From the NCBI GenBank assembly GCA_035577025.1, contig DATLVU010000045.1, positions 3,727 through 67,726 of the forward strand: a DNA stretch of 64,000 nt, given 5' to 3'. A program made the translations under genes and the position numbers. The notes beneath the pieces were generated by a model. The model searched no databases. It was not told the origin of the DNA and saw nothing but the letters and a program-made list of their open reading frames with translations. The DNA comes from Gemmatimonadales bacterium (GTDB lineage: Bacteria; Gemmatimonadota; Gemmatimonadetes; Gemmatimonadales; GWC2-71-9). Positions 1 to 10,038 of the stretch are shown one piece after another (position 1 is the stretch's first letter; every line of letters starts with the position of its first letter).

Positions 1-920
1 CGGAGCAGCTGCGCGTGATGTTTTCGTGCTGCCATCCCGATCTCGCCGAGCCGGCCCAGATCGCCTTGATCCTGAACATCCTCTGCGGGTTCGGCGCACC
101 GGAAATCGCCGCGGCGTTCCTGACCGGCCGCGCCGCGATCGAGAAGCGGATCACGCGCGGCAAGAGAGTGCTGGCGGGGTCTTCCACCCTGTTCGATCTC
201 TCGAATGCCGACTTTGCCGCGCGCCTGTCCGCGGTGCACCGGGCCCTATACCTCCTCTTCAACGAGGGCTATCACGGTGCCTCGACACAGGGCGCGGTCC
301 GTGCCGAGCTGTGCGAGGAGGCGATGCGCCTCACCGCCCTGCTGCGCGAGCATCCGGTCACCCGGACACCCGCGACGTTCGCGCTGTCGGCCCTGATGGC
401 GTTGCACGCGGCGCGCCTGCCGGCGCGCATCGACGCCGCGGGCGAGCTGCAGTCACTCTGGGAGCAGGACCGCTCGACGTGGAATCTTACGCTGATCACC
501 GAGGGCCAGGAGCTGCTCGATCGGTCCGCGGCGGGCGACGAGCTGACGCCCTACCACGTCGAAGCGGCGATCGCCGCGATACACTCCGCGGCGCCGACCC
601 TGGAGGCGACCGACTGGAATGCCATCGTCACCCTGTACGATCGGTTGATGGAGATCGCGCCGTCGGCCGTCGTCGCGCTCAACCGCGCCATCGCGATCGC
701 GCAGCGCGACGGCCCCGACCAGGGGATCGAAGCGATCGAGCGCATCGCGGATCGGGAGCGGCTCGGTGCCTACCCCTTTTTTCCCGCGGCCCTGGGCGAG
801 CTGGAGCGGCGGCGGGGCAACGTGGGCGAGGCCCGGACCTATTTTGGGCGGGCGCTCCGACTCGCGCGGAGCGATGCCGAGCGGCGGTATATCGAGCGGC
901 GCATCCCCTCAGCGGAGTGA
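1..920 (+). CDS. ECF-type RNA polymerase sigma factor, C-terminal part (5' end outside the window)
   Basis: The frame is open from the window edge (..EQLRVMFSCCHPDL..). A region-4-like HTH (PEIAAAFLTGRAAIEKRITRGKRVL) is followed by a long helical C-terminal extension, as in extended ECF sigma factors. Confidence 0.8.
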   Translation, partial: EQLRVMFSCCHPDLAEPAQIALILNILCGFGAPEIAAAFLTGRAAIEKRITRGKRVLAGSSTLFDLSNADFAARLSAVHRALYLLFNEGYHGASTQGAVRAELCEEAMRLTALLREHPVTRTPATFALSALMALHAARLPARIDAAGELQSLWEQDRSTWNLTLITEGQELLDRSAAGDELTPYHVEAAIAAIHSAAPTLEATDWNAIVTLYDRLMEIAPSAVVALNRAIAIAQRDGPDQGIEAIERIADRERLGAYPFFPAALGELERRRGNVGEARTYFGRALRLARSDAERRYIERRIPSAE

Positions 921-1289
921 CTCGTCCAGCCCTGCATCCGCGAGGTTTTGCGGCGGACGAATGCGAAACACCCTTCGACATCCCGGGCACAGCATCTCGA
1001 ACGCGCGCTCGGGCAGCGCCTCCCGCCGACTGCAACGGGGACAAACGGCGTAGCCGGAACCCCATTTGACAGGCAGATCAACCGCGTCGTAGGGACGCGG
1101 CACGACGGACCAGGCGTCCGGCCGCACGGTCACGATCTCGAGGCACTCGCGCGGCACGCTGAGGGTACGGTGGGTCAGGTCGAGCCAGGCGGCTTCCGGC
1201 GTCAGCCGGATGACCTGATACCAGGCGCCACGTCGTACGCCCACATTCACGTCACCCGCGACGCGGGCCCAGGGCGGCACGTCGGGCAT
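909..1289 (-). CDS. hypothetical zinc-ribbon protein
   Basis: 126-aa ORF with a CPRC...CPGC pair near the C-terminus. Its 3' end overlaps the convergent sigma-factor gene by 12 nt. Confidence 0.45.
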   Translation of the reverse strand: MPDVPPWARVAGDVNVGVRRGAWYQVIRLTPEAAWLDLTHRTLSVPRECLEIVTVRPDAWSVVPRPYDAVDLPVKWGSGYAVCPRCSRREALPERAFEMLCPGCRRVFRIRPPQNLADAGLDESLR

Positions 1290-1386
1290 GGTCTCCTCCG
1301 GCTGGTTCCCACACCACTAACTCGGTATCCCGTAGGAACCTTCGCCCGCGAGACGGCGTGCGGTCCGTGACACCGGTCACTCGGTC

Positions 1387-1441
1387 GGGTCCTCACCCCC
1401 TGTCCCCCTCTTCTTGGGGTCCTCACCCCCTGTCCCCCTCT
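1387..1441. repeat. 25-nt perfect direct repeat, two copies (period 30 nt)
   Basis: GGGTCCTCACCCCCTGTCCCCCTCT occurs at 1387-1411 and 1417-1441. Confidence 0.9.
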
Positions 1442-1459
1442 CCCTTCGGGAGAGGGGGG
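1434..1459. other. perfect 11-bp GC-rich stem with TTCG tetraloop (REP-like hairpin)
   Basis: CCCCCTCTCCC-TTCG-GGGAGAGGGGG, in a divergent intergenic region. Confidence 0.85.
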
Positions 1460-1531
1460 ACTAGACTTCGCGGGAGGCCCGTACGACTCGTGCCTCACCG
1501 TTCCCCGGGTTGATTGACAGGAGAACCTGCC

Positions 1532-3115
1532 ATGTCTCGATACGTTCTGGCCGTTCTGCTCGCGCTCCCCGCCATCGCCCCTGCCCAAACCGCGCTCGGC
1601 GACTGGCCCTCGTACAATCGCACGCTCACGGGCGAGCGATTCTCGCCGCTCGCGGAGATCAACCGCGCGAATGTCGCCCGGATGTACGAGGTCTGCACGT
1701 ACACGCTGCCCGAGGTGACGTCGCTCCAGACCGGCCCGATCGTGGTGAACGGAACGATGTACTTCACCACGGACACGATCTCCTACGCGATCGACGCGAG
1801 CACCTGTGCCGAGAAATGGAAGCAGGTCCGGCACAGCGACACGCCGAGTGCCCTCGCGGTGCATCGTGGGTTTGCCTACGCGAACGGACGGCTCTTTCGC
1901 GGCACGTCCGACGTCCACGTGATCGCGCTCGATACTACGGACGGCCACCTCATCTGGGATCAGGTGCTCGACGCGAAGGGCCCGGGCGTCTCGCTCCCGA
2001 TGGCCCCGGTTACCGGCAAGGGCGTGGTGTACGTGGGCAACGCGGGGGGCGATCAGGCAGGCGTCACGGGTCACGTGTACGCCCTCGACGCCGGGGATGG
2101 GCACGTCGTCTGGAAATTCAGCGTCGTTCCGGATAGCGGCCCGGCCCGCGCGACGTGGACCAACCCGGCGTTCCCCGTCACCGGCGGTGGCTTCTGGACG
2201 TCGTTCACGTTGGACACGGCGAGCGGCGTACTCTACGTGCCGGCGGGCAACCCCGCGCCCGACTTCGACATCGCGCGCCGCACGGGGGACAATCTCTACA
2301 GCAATTCGGTGATCGCCCTCGATGCCGCGACCGGACGGATGCTCGCCTACAACCAGATCGTCACGCGCGACGCGCACGACTGGGATGTGGACAGTCCACC
2401 GACGCTCGTGGTCACGCCCTCGGGACGCCCCATCGTCGCGTCGGCGAACAAGGACGGGCAGCTGTCCGTGCTCGATCGCTCACGCGTCAAGCGTCCGAGC
2501 GGCGCAGCGGGCGCGCTGCCGCTCGTCTGGCAGATGCCGACCACCACCCGCGCCAACGTCGATGTGCCACTGTCGCGCGACAGCACCGTTCGCTTCTGCC
2601 CCGGGTTTCTGGGCGGTGTCGAGTGGAACGGCGCCGCGTACAGCCCGCGGACCAACGCGCTGTACGTGGGTGCGGTCGACTGGTGCGCGCACGTGCAGCT
2701 CCTGCCGGACACGGCGTCGGTCCCCGCCCCCGGGGCGACCTGGTTCGCCGCCGCGAACGATCTGCCACACATGTTCGATCCGCCCGATCAGGCCAAGGGC
2801 TGGGTCACGGCGTTCGATGCCGAAAGCGGCCAGGTCCGCTGGAAGTACGCCGCCGCGCATCCGATCCTCGCCGGCGTCACGCCGACCGCCGGCGGCGTCC
2901 TGTTCGCCGCCGACTTGGGCGGCGAGCTGTATGGGTTCGGCGCGGCGGACGGTCGCGTGCTGTGGAAGACCGATACCGGCCAGTCCACCGGGGGCGGCGT
3001 CGTCACTTACCTCGCGGGCGGGCACCAGCTGCTCGGCGTCGCGGCGGGGATGAAGTCGCCGGTGTGGCCGGGCGGGGCGGAGCGCAGCCGGATTCTGGTG
3101 TTCGGCGTCCGGTAA
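1532..3115 (+). CDS. secreted PQQ-dependent (quinoprotein) dehydrogenase family protein
   Basis: ATG at 1532 follows CAGGAGA. It has a signal peptide ending AIAPAQT, an N-terminal DWPSYNRTLTGERFSPL motif, and repeated beta-propeller W-motifs (G.LIWD, G.VVWKF, G.VRWKY, G.VLWK). Confidence 0.85.
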   Translation: MSRYVLAVLLALPAIAPAQTALGDWPSYNRTLTGERFSPLAEINRANVARMYEVCTYTLPEVTSLQTGPIVVNGTMYFTTDTISYAIDASTCAEKWKQVRHSDTPSALAVHRGFAYANGRLFRGTSDVHVIALDTTDGHLIWDQVLDAKGPGVSLPMAPVTGKGVVYVGNAGGDQAGVTGHVYALDAGDGHVVWKFSVVPDSGPARATWTNPAFPVTGGGFWTSFTLDTASGVLYVPAGNPAPDFDIARRTGDNLYSNSVIALDAATGRMLAYNQIVTRDAHDWDVDSPPTLVVTPSGRPIVASANKDGQLSVLDRSRVKRPSGAAGALPLVWQMPTTTRANVDVPLSRDSTVRFCPGFLGGVEWNGAAYSPRTNALYVGAVDWCAHVQLLPDTASVPAPGATWFAAANDLPHMFDPPDQAKGWVTAFDAESGQVRWKYAAAHPILAGVTPTAGGVLFAADLGGELYGFGAADGRVLWKTDTGQSTGGGVVTYLAGGHQLLGVAAGMKSPVWPGGAERSRILVFGVR

Positions 3116-3137
3116 CGACGGGTGCCGCGAGTCCTCG

Positions 3138-4331
3138 TCAGACCACCGGTCGCCACAGGAAGAAACCCACCGCCAGTATCGCCTGGCACACCGCGAACGC
3201 GACGGCCACGCGAGTCAAACGCTGGCGGGGCACGACCAACGCCAGCCAGAAGAACAGTGGGAACAACACGGCCGTAAACCTGCCGAGCGAGATGAAGAGG
3301 TGGGCCGCCACAGGTGGAAAGATGTTGATCGCGATCCACAGCCCGTACGCGATCCCGAGGCGTTGTGTGACGGGGAGGATCGACGTGGCCGCCCAGAAAA
3401 AGGCCGCGATGTCGCCGACATAGACGAGCACTTCACTCACCTTCACGCGCAGGTCCTCGGCGGTGCGCACGGGATCGGGCGCGGGAGCGCGCCCCAGCAG
3501 CGGCATGCCCCACGCGGCTTGCCCGTGCATCCATGCCAGGGCGTCACCGAATCGCCCGTAGAGATACGCCGAGAAGATCGCGGTGCCCGCGAGCGGCGCC
3601 AGGGCGGCCAGGATGGCCGCGACCCGCCGTCGGTCTCTCCACCAGGGACCTGGACTCGTCGCGCCGTCCGGAGCACTCGACGGAGCGCTCGCCGCGAGCC
3701 ACAGCAACGGGAGCGCCAGCCAGAAGCCGTTCGGACGGGCGAGCCCCGCCGCGACGCCGCACAGGGCGGCGAGGAGCAGGTGTCGCCGTCGCATGGCGTA
3801 GAAGGCGCCGACCGTGAGCAACAGGAACAGGGACTCGGTATAGACCACCGAGTAAAACAGGGCGAACGGGTACGTGGACACGAGCAGGATCACCGGCCAC
3901 GCTTTGTCTTCGCCCAGCTCGAGCGCGGCCAGGCGGTACAGCAAGACGATCGCGCCGGCGAATGCCGCCAACGAGACGATGGTGCCGGCGAGCAGCGGAT
4001 GGCCGCCGAGCAATGCCCCGCCCCACCGCATCAACAGCGGATAGAGGGGAAAGAAGACCACATTCTGGTGCAGAAACACCGAGCGGTCCCACTGATAGCC
4101 GGTGGTGGCGATCTGGTGGTAGAAGTCCGTGTCCCAGCGCGCCTGGAGATTCACGAGCTCGTTCGGCGACACGCGCCAGAGCGCCTCGGCGGTCGGGGCG
4201 GGCACCGTCCCGATCAAGGTCACGGCGAGGGCACCAAGAAGGAGAACCGGCAACCGCGTGCCGATCAGACTGAGCCACACGGAGGATCGAACCGTCGCGG
4301 GAGGGGGGGGGCGCCAACGCGGGAATTCCAC
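3138..4331 (-). CDS. polytopic membrane glycosyl/mannosyltransferase-like protein (PIG-V / GT-C-like)
   Basis: 397 aa with about 9 hydrophobic helices. The N-terminal loop WDTDFYHQIATTGY..FFPLYPLLMR is typical of this family. Confidence 0.6.
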   Translation of the reverse strand: MEFPRWRPPPPATVRSSVWLSLIGTRLPVLLLGALAVTLIGTVPAPTAEALWRVSPNELVNLQARWDTDFYHQIATTGYQWDRSVFLHQNVVFFPLYPLLMRWGGALLGGHPLLAGTIVSLAAFAGAIVLLYRLAALELGEDKAWPVILLVSTYPFALFYSVVYTESLFLLLTVGAFYAMRRRHLLLAALCGVAAGLARPNGFWLALPLLWLAASAPSSAPDGATSPGPWWRDRRRVAAILAALAPLAGTAIFSAYLYGRFGDALAWMHGQAAWGMPLLGRAPAPDPVRTAEDLRVKVSEVLVYVGDIAAFFWAATSILPVTQRLGIAYGLWIAINIFPPVAAHLFISLGRFTAVLFPLFFWLALVVPRQRLTRVAVAFAVCQAILAVGFFLWRPVV

Positions 4332-4440
4332 GGTACGGCCTCCTTGCGACGCTCGGCAGCGAGTTGCGGGTTGAATCCTGTCGTGTCAATTACTGGTTAC
4401 GAAAATATGCTACTCTGTCCCGCTGACTCGAGGCCCTGTC

Positions 4441-7400
4441 ATGCACACTCGTCGGTCCGCCATGTGGCTCCTGCCGTGCCTATTCTCCGTCCTCGTCGCC
4501 GGGCGCTTCGCTGAAGGCCCTGGTCCAGTGGAGCTCCCGCCCTCGATGCTCGCGGGACTCCGGTGGCGCAACCTCGGCCCGTTCCGCGGCGGTCGCATCG
4601 CGGCCGTTACCGGCGCCATCGGCCAGCCCGGCGTCTATTACATCGGTCTCCCTGCCGGCGGCGTCTGGAAGACCACGAGCGCGGGCGAAACCTGGTTTCC
4701 GGTGTTCGACTCGATCACCGTCGCCTCGTCCGTCGGTTCGGTCGAGGTCGCTCCGTCCGACCCCGACGTCGTCTACGTCGGGATGGGCGACATGATCACG
4801 GGCGGCTCCATCAACGAGGGGAACGGCGTCTATAGGTCCACCGACGCGGGCCGCACCTGGCAACACCTCGGGCTGGATGATACCAAGCAAATACCATCGA
4901 TCCTCGTCGATCCGCGCGACCCCAACCTCGTGCTGCTCGCGGCGCAGGGCAACGCGCACCAGAAGAGCGACGCGCGCGGCGTGTTCCGCTCGACCGACGG
5001 CGGCAAAACGTGGACCAAGACGCTCTACGTCAACGATTCGACGGGCATCCAGAAGATCACCTGGGCCGCCGATCATCCGGAGATCATGCTCGCGACCACC
5101 GTGGCGCACTATACGCCCCCGACGCCACCGCCGAACCGCGCTGGGGGCGGAGGTGGGACCGGCCCCACCAACACCGCGCTCTACAAGTCCACCGATCAAG
5201 GCCTCACCTGGCACGAGATCACGGGCGGCGGTTTGCCGCGCCTCTTCGGGCGCACGTCCGTCGCCGTGGCCATGCACACCAACGCCCAGCGCATGTTTCT
5301 CATCGGCAACTTTGGGCTGTACCGTTCGGACGACGGCGGGACCAGCTGGCGGCAGATGGACGCGGCCGATCGCCGCATCGCCAATGGCCAGGGCGGCTAT
5401 AACTGCGGCGTCTACGTCGACCCGCAAGACCCCGACGTCGTCTACACGATCAACACGTCGAGCTACAAGTCCATGGACGGGGGCAACAGCTTCACCGGCT
5501 TCAAGGGCGCGCCCGGCGGCGACGATCCGCAGCAGATGTGGATCGATCCTACCAACGGCCGGCGCATCCTCCTCGGTCTCGACCAGGGCGCCGTCGTCAC
5601 TCTCGACGGTGGCGAGACCTGGAGCTCCTGGTACAACCAGTCCACCGAGCAGGTCTACCACGTCGCCGTGGACAATTCGTATCCCTATTGGGTGTACGCG
5701 TCGCAGCAGGACGCCGGCGCCGTGCGTGTGCGCTCGCGGGGGAATCTCGGCGCCATCACGCCGCTCGACTGGGACCCGGTGAACGGCTGGGAATGGGGCA
5801 CCGAGCTGCCCGATCCGCTGCACCCCGACGTCGTGTACGCCTCGGGCTTCGGCATCGTGAAGATCAGCTACCCGAGCGAGCAATGGATCGACGTGAGTCC
5901 GAACCTCGATCCGGCCCTGAAGGGCCGGGTCACGATTTCGCAGCCGCTCGCCTTCGCACCGTGGAATCAGCACGAGCTACTGGCCGGGCTTCAGTACGTG
6001 ATGGCCACGACGGATGGCGGCGCCCATTGGACAAAGTTGAGCCCCGACCTGGGCTACGCGAAGGGCGTGACGCCGCCCCCTGACTCGCTGCGCGGCCGAC
6101 CGGGCCAGCCGGTGGCGGGCGCGATCGAGGCGCTCTCGGCGTCGCCGCTGGCGCGCGGCAAGATCTGGGTGGGAACGAACAACGGCCTGATCGAGCTCAC
6201 GCGCAACGAGGGCAAGAGCTGGGACTACGTGAGCATCCCCAACCTGCCCGATTCGACCCGGGCCGACATCTCGAGCGTCGACGCGTCGCATCTGAACCCG
6301 GCCGAGGCGTACGTCGCCGTGGACCTGCACCGCACCGGAGACTACCACCCATATCTCTACCGCACGCGCGACTACGGCCGGACGTGGACGCTGATCGTGA
6401 ACGGCCTGCCCACCGACCAGCCGAGCGGCGGCTTCGCGCGCGTGATCCGGGGGGACACACAGAAGGCCGGCCTGCTGTTCGCGGGCACCGAGAGCGGGAT
6501 GTACGTCTCCTTCGATGACGGCGACCACTGGCAATCCCTGCAACTGAACCTGCCCAACACGTCGTGTCGCGACCTGGTGATCAAGGGAAATGATCTGGTG
6601 GTGGGAACCTACGGGCGCGGCATCTGGGTATTGGACGACTTCTCCCCGCTGCGTCAGATCGCCTCCGCCGGCGAGCCGGTACATCTGTTCGCGCCGGGTG
6701 ACGCCGTGCGCGTGCGCCGCAACGTCGGTTGGGACACACCGTTCCCGCCCGAAGTGCCGCACGCCTTCAACCCGCCTGACGGCGCTCTCATCTATTACTA
6801 CCTCGCGGCGAAGCCTGCGGGAGATATCACCCTCGATGTGCTCGACTCGGCCGGCGCGGTGGTGCGCCACCTGTCGAGTGTTCGTGGCGCCCTGGTCGCC
6901 GAAGCCGCCCGGCCACCCGAGCCCAATTTCTGGTTGGCGACGCCCGAGCCGCTGCCGACGGCCGTCGGCACCAACCGCGTGAACTGGGACGTTCGTTACG
7001 ACGCCCCAGCCGCCCTGACGCACACGTTCGAGATCAGCGCCAACCCCGGCCTCACACCGCCGTCGCCCTTGGGGCCGTTGGCGTTGCCCGGTACCTACAC
7101 TCTGCGCCTCACGGTGGACGGCAAGCGCTACATCCAGACCGTGAGGGTGCGCAACGACCCACGCTCGCCGGCGACGCTCGCGGACCTGCGCGCCCAGCAC
7201 GCCCTCCAGATGGCGATCTACCGCGCCCTTCAAGAATCGTGGGACCGGTATCATGAGGTCACCGCTATGCGTGCGGCGGTGGCGGCGGATACGGGCGCGC
7301 CCGCCGAGGTCGCGACCGCCGCGAAAACGCTCGACTCGGCACTCGCCGCGGTGGCGGGCAACCCCGACAGCGTGGGCGGATTCGGTCGGCGCAGCACCCG

Positions 7401-7671
7401 GGGACCACCCAGCTTCGCGAGCGTCGACGCCAGCCTGGTGCGCCAGCTCAACGGCCTCGAGACCGGCGACCTCGCTCCGACCGCAGCGATGCAGCGTGAC
7501 TACGACGGGGCTTGCGCCGATCTGAAGACCGCCGTGGCCGCGTGGGCGAAAATCAACGGCACGGGACTGGCAGCGTTCAACGCTGTGCTCACGCAGCACC
7601 ACCTCCAAGCCGTTGCCGCGGCCGCGACGCCGCCGGTACCCGTGTGTGCAACCATTAGAGGGCGCCCGTGA
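4441..7671 (+). CDS. secreted BNR/Asp-box (sortilin/VPS10-type) beta-propeller glycosidase-like protein
   Basis: 1076 aa with a signal peptide and at least 9 Asp-box motifs (STDAGRTW, STDGGKTW, STDQGLTW, SDDGGTSW, TLDGGETW, TTDGGAHW, TRDYGRTW, SFDDGDHW). Confidence 0.8.
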   Translation: MHTRRSAMWLLPCLFSVLVAGRFAEGPGPVELPPSMLAGLRWRNLGPFRGGRIAAVTGAIGQPGVYYIGLPAGGVWKTTSAGETWFPVFDSITVASSVGSVEVAPSDPDVVYVGMGDMITGGSINEGNGVYRSTDAGRTWQHLGLDDTKQIPSILVDPRDPNLVLLAAQGNAHQKSDARGVFRSTDGGKTWTKTLYVNDSTGIQKITWAADHPEIMLATTVAHYTPPTPPPNRAGGGGGTGPTNTALYKSTDQGLTWHEITGGGLPRLFGRTSVAVAMHTNAQRMFLIGNFGLYRSDDGGTSWRQMDAADRRIANGQGGYNCGVYVDPQDPDVVYTINTSSYKSMDGGNSFTGFKGAPGGDDPQQMWIDPTNGRRILLGLDQGAVVTLDGGETWSSWYNQSTEQVYHVAVDNSYPYWVYASQQDAGAVRVRSRGNLGAITPLDWDPVNGWEWGTELPDPLHPDVVYASGFGIVKISYPSEQWIDVSPNLDPALKGRVTISQPLAFAPWNQHELLAGLQYVMATTDGGAHWTKLSPDLGYAKGVTPPPDSLRGRPGQPVAGAIEALSASPLARGKIWVGTNNGLIELTRNEGKSWDYVSIPNLPDSTRADISSVDASHLNPAEAYVAVDLHRTGDYHPYLYRTRDYGRTWTLIVNGLPTDQPSGGFARVIRGDTQKAGLLFAGTESGMYVSFDDGDHWQSLQLNLPNTSCRDLVIKGNDLVVGTYGRGIWVLDDFSPLRQIASAGEPVHLFAPGDAVRVRRNVGWDTPFPPEVPHAFNPPDGALIYYYLAAKPAGDITLDVLDSAGAVVRHLSSVRGALVAEAARPPEPNFWLATPEPLPTAVGTNRVNWDVRYDAPAALTHTFEISANPGLTPPSPLGPLALPGTYTLRLTVDGKRYIQTVRVRNDPRSPATLADLRAQHALQMAIYRALQESWDRYHEVTAMRAAVAADTGAPAEVATAAKTLDSALAAVAGNPDSVGGFGRRSTRGPPSFASVDASLVRQLNGLETGDLAPTAAMQRDYDGACADLKTAVAAWAKINGTGLAAFNAVLTQHHLQAVAAAATPPVPVCATIRGRP

Positions 7672-9851
7672 CGAGGACTGCCGCGCTCGCCGGCCTCGCG
7701 CTCGCGCTCGGCGCCCAGCTCGCCGCGCAGAACCCGGAGGTCGCCCGGTGGCGACGCCAGGCCCAGGCGGTCACGATCATCCGGGATGATTGGGGCATCG
7801 CGCACGTGTACGGGAAGACCGACGCGGACGCGGTGTTCGGCGCCGAGTACGCCCAGGCGGAAGACGACTTCAATCGTGTCGAGACCAACTATCTGAACGC
7901 CCTGGGGAGACTCGCGGAGGCCGAGGGGCCGGAGGTGCTGTACCAGGACCTGCGCCAGAAGCTGTTCATCGATCCCGACTCGCTCAAAGCCGAGTACCGG
8001 GCGAGCCCACCGTGGTTGCGCCGGCTGATGGATGCCTTCGCCGACGGCCTCAACTTCTATCTCTACACACACCCGGACGTGAAGCCGCGCGTCATCAGGC
8101 ACTTCGAGCCGTGGATGGCGCTGTCCTTCACCGAGGGGAGTATCGGCGGTGACATCGAACGCATCGACGTACCCGCGCTGGCGGCCTTTTACGACGCTGA
8201 CTCCGCCGCCCGAGTGCCACGTACGGGACGGGGAGACGGGCCGGATGAAGACCCAGGCGGCTCGAACGGCATCGCGATCGCGCCGCGACTTACGCGCGAT
8301 CACCACGCCCTGCTCTGGATCAATCCCCACACGTCGTTCTATTTCCGCTCCGAGCTGCAGATGGTGAGTGACCAAGGACTCGACGCGTACGGCGCCACCA
8401 CCTGGGGACAGTTCTTCATTTATCAGGGGTTCAACCCGACCTGTGGTTGGATGCACACGTCGAGCGGCGTGGACAACATCGACGAGTTCCTGGAGACCGT
8501 GGTCGAGCGCGGCGGCCACTACTTCTACCGCCACGGGCAGCGCGAGCTGCCGGTTGTCACCCGCACCATCACCGTCCCCTTCCGGACCGACAGCGGCACC
8601 GCGCAGAAGACCTTCACCGTCTATTACACGCGGCATGGACCGGTCGTCCGACGGGAAGGCGACCGCTGGGTGAGCGTGAGCTTGATGCAGAGCCCGGTGA
8701 ACGCGCTGATCCAATCCTACTCGCGTACCAAGGCGCGCGACCTCAGCGCGTTCCGCAAGATCATGGCGCTGCACACCAATTCCTCCAACAACACGGTCTT
8801 CGCCGACGCGTCGGGCAACATCGCGTACTTCCACTCCAATTACATTCCGCGGCGCGACACCTCGTTCGATTGGACCGCGCCGGTGGATGGGAGCGACCCG
8901 GCCACCGACTATCACGGCGTCCTGTCGGTCGACGAGACGCCCAATGCCATCAACCCATCCTCAGGGTGGGTCTACAACTCGAACAACTGGCCCTGGTCCG
9001 TCGCAGGGCCGTCGAGCCCGAAGCGCACAGCGTTCCCCCGCTACGTCGAGACCGGGATCGAGGAGACACCGCGCGGTTACCACGCGCTGCGCCTGCTCAC
9101 GGGCTCCTCCGATTGGACCATGAGCTCGTTGACGGCCGCGGCGTTCGACAGCTACCTGCCGGCGTTCGAGCGCTTGCTGCCGCCGCTGCTCGAGGCGTAT
9201 GACCGGCTGCCGCCGGGCGACTCGCTCAAGTCGCGGCTCGCCGACCCGATCGCGGTGCTCCGCGGCTGGGATTACCGCTGGGGCGTGGGCTCGGTGCCGA
9301 CGTCGATTGCCGTGTTCTGGGGTGGCGCGGTGACGCGGAGTGTCCGCAGCGAAGCGCTCGCGGCCGGGATGTCGCCGCAGACCTACGTCGTCACGCGCGC
9401 GACGCCCGAGGTGCTCATCGGCGCGCTCGACGCCGCGACGAATACGCTCGCCGCCGACTTCGGCACCTGGAAGACGCCCTGGGGCGAGATCAACCGCTTT
9501 CAGCGGCTCGACGACGAGATCGCGTCGCATTTTGACGATGCACGGCCGAGCATCCCCGTGCCGTTTACGTGGAGCGGGTGGGGCTCACTCGCGTCGTTCA
9601 GCGCGCGCGCGTATCCCAACACCAAGAAATGGTACGGGACGAGCGGCAACAGCTTTGTGGCCGTCGTGGAGTTCGGGGACAGCGTCCGCGCGCGGGCGGT
9701 GACGGCCGGTGGGGAGAGCGGTCAACCCGGCTCGCCGCACTTTCAGGACGAGGCGGAGCGGTACGCGACGGGGAACCTACGCGAGGTGTATTTCTACCGG
9801 TCGCAGCTCGAGGGGGGGCACACCCAGCGGGAGTACCATCCGGGGAATTGA
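7668..9851 (+). CDS. penicillin/acyl-homoserine-lactone acylase family protein (Ntn hydrolase, S45)
   Basis: GTG start overlaps the upstream stop (GTGA). It has a signal peptide, WGIAHVYG and AQAEDDFNRVE motifs, and a putative autoprocessing site GG-SNGIAIAP. Confidence 0.85.
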   Translation: MTRTAALAGLALALGAQLAAQNPEVARWRRQAQAVTIIRDDWGIAHVYGKTDADAVFGAEYAQAEDDFNRVETNYLNALGRLAEAEGPEVLYQDLRQKLFIDPDSLKAEYRASPPWLRRLMDAFADGLNFYLYTHPDVKPRVIRHFEPWMALSFTEGSIGGDIERIDVPALAAFYDADSAARVPRTGRGDGPDEDPGGSNGIAIAPRLTRDHHALLWINPHTSFYFRSELQMVSDQGLDAYGATTWGQFFIYQGFNPTCGWMHTSSGVDNIDEFLETVVERGGHYFYRHGQRELPVVTRTITVPFRTDSGTAQKTFTVYYTRHGPVVRREGDRWVSVSLMQSPVNALIQSYSRTKARDLSAFRKIMALHTNSSNNTVFADASGNIAYFHSNYIPRRDTSFDWTAPVDGSDPATDYHGVLSVDETPNAINPSSGWVYNSNNWPWSVAGPSSPKRTAFPRYVETGIEETPRGYHALRLLTGSSDWTMSSLTAAAFDSYLPAFERLLPPLLEAYDRLPPGDSLKSRLADPIAVLRGWDYRWGVGSVPTSIAVFWGGAVTRSVRSEALAAGMSPQTYVVTRATPEVLIGALDAATNTLAADFGTWKTPWGEINRFQRLDDEIASHFDDARPSIPVPFTWSGWGSLASFSARAYPNTKKWYGTSGNSFVAVVEFGDSVRARAVTAGGESGQPGSPHFQDEAERYATGNLREVYFYRSQLEGGHTQREYHPGN

Positions 9852-10003
9852 GGGAGATTAAGGCTTGGGGCGTCCGCTCCGAATCAACATTAGCAACGCC
9901 CCCACCAACCCTACCGCGCTGGGATCGATCCCGGCGACGTAGTCGACGAGCCCCCGGGCGACCATGCGGAATTGAGTGCCATACGAAGTCATGCCTCATA
10001 AAT

Positions 10004-10032
10004 GAAGGAGGGCTCCCTAAGGTTCCCCCTTC
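10004..10032 (-). terminator. possible intrinsic terminator of the DUF5916-like gene
   Basis: The minus strand reads GAAGGGGG-loop-CCCTCCTTC followed by ATTTAT, 7 nt after the stop codon. The stem has one G-U pair and the T-tract is weak. Confidence 0.3.
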
Positions 10033-10038
10033 TCTCAC

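Noticed and set aside
1247-2377. Long antisense or out-of-frame ORFs throughout the window. Examples are 1247-2377, 4480-5973, 5977-7608, 10171-12051, 24249-25403, 29234-31510, 53815-55587, 58537-60153 and 61167-62570.
   Set aside because: They overlap genes that have clear family motifs, are Arg/Pro/Gly/Ala-rich with no recognisable domains, and are the expected stop-codon-poor shadow frames of GC-rich DNA.
4404-4412. A half-site match (AATATGCTA) to the blaI operator upstream of the BNR gene, and another half-site (ATTAGCA) at 9889-9895.
   Set aside because: They are only 7-9 nt long with no dyad partner. Matches of that length are expected by chance in 128 kb of two-strand sequence.
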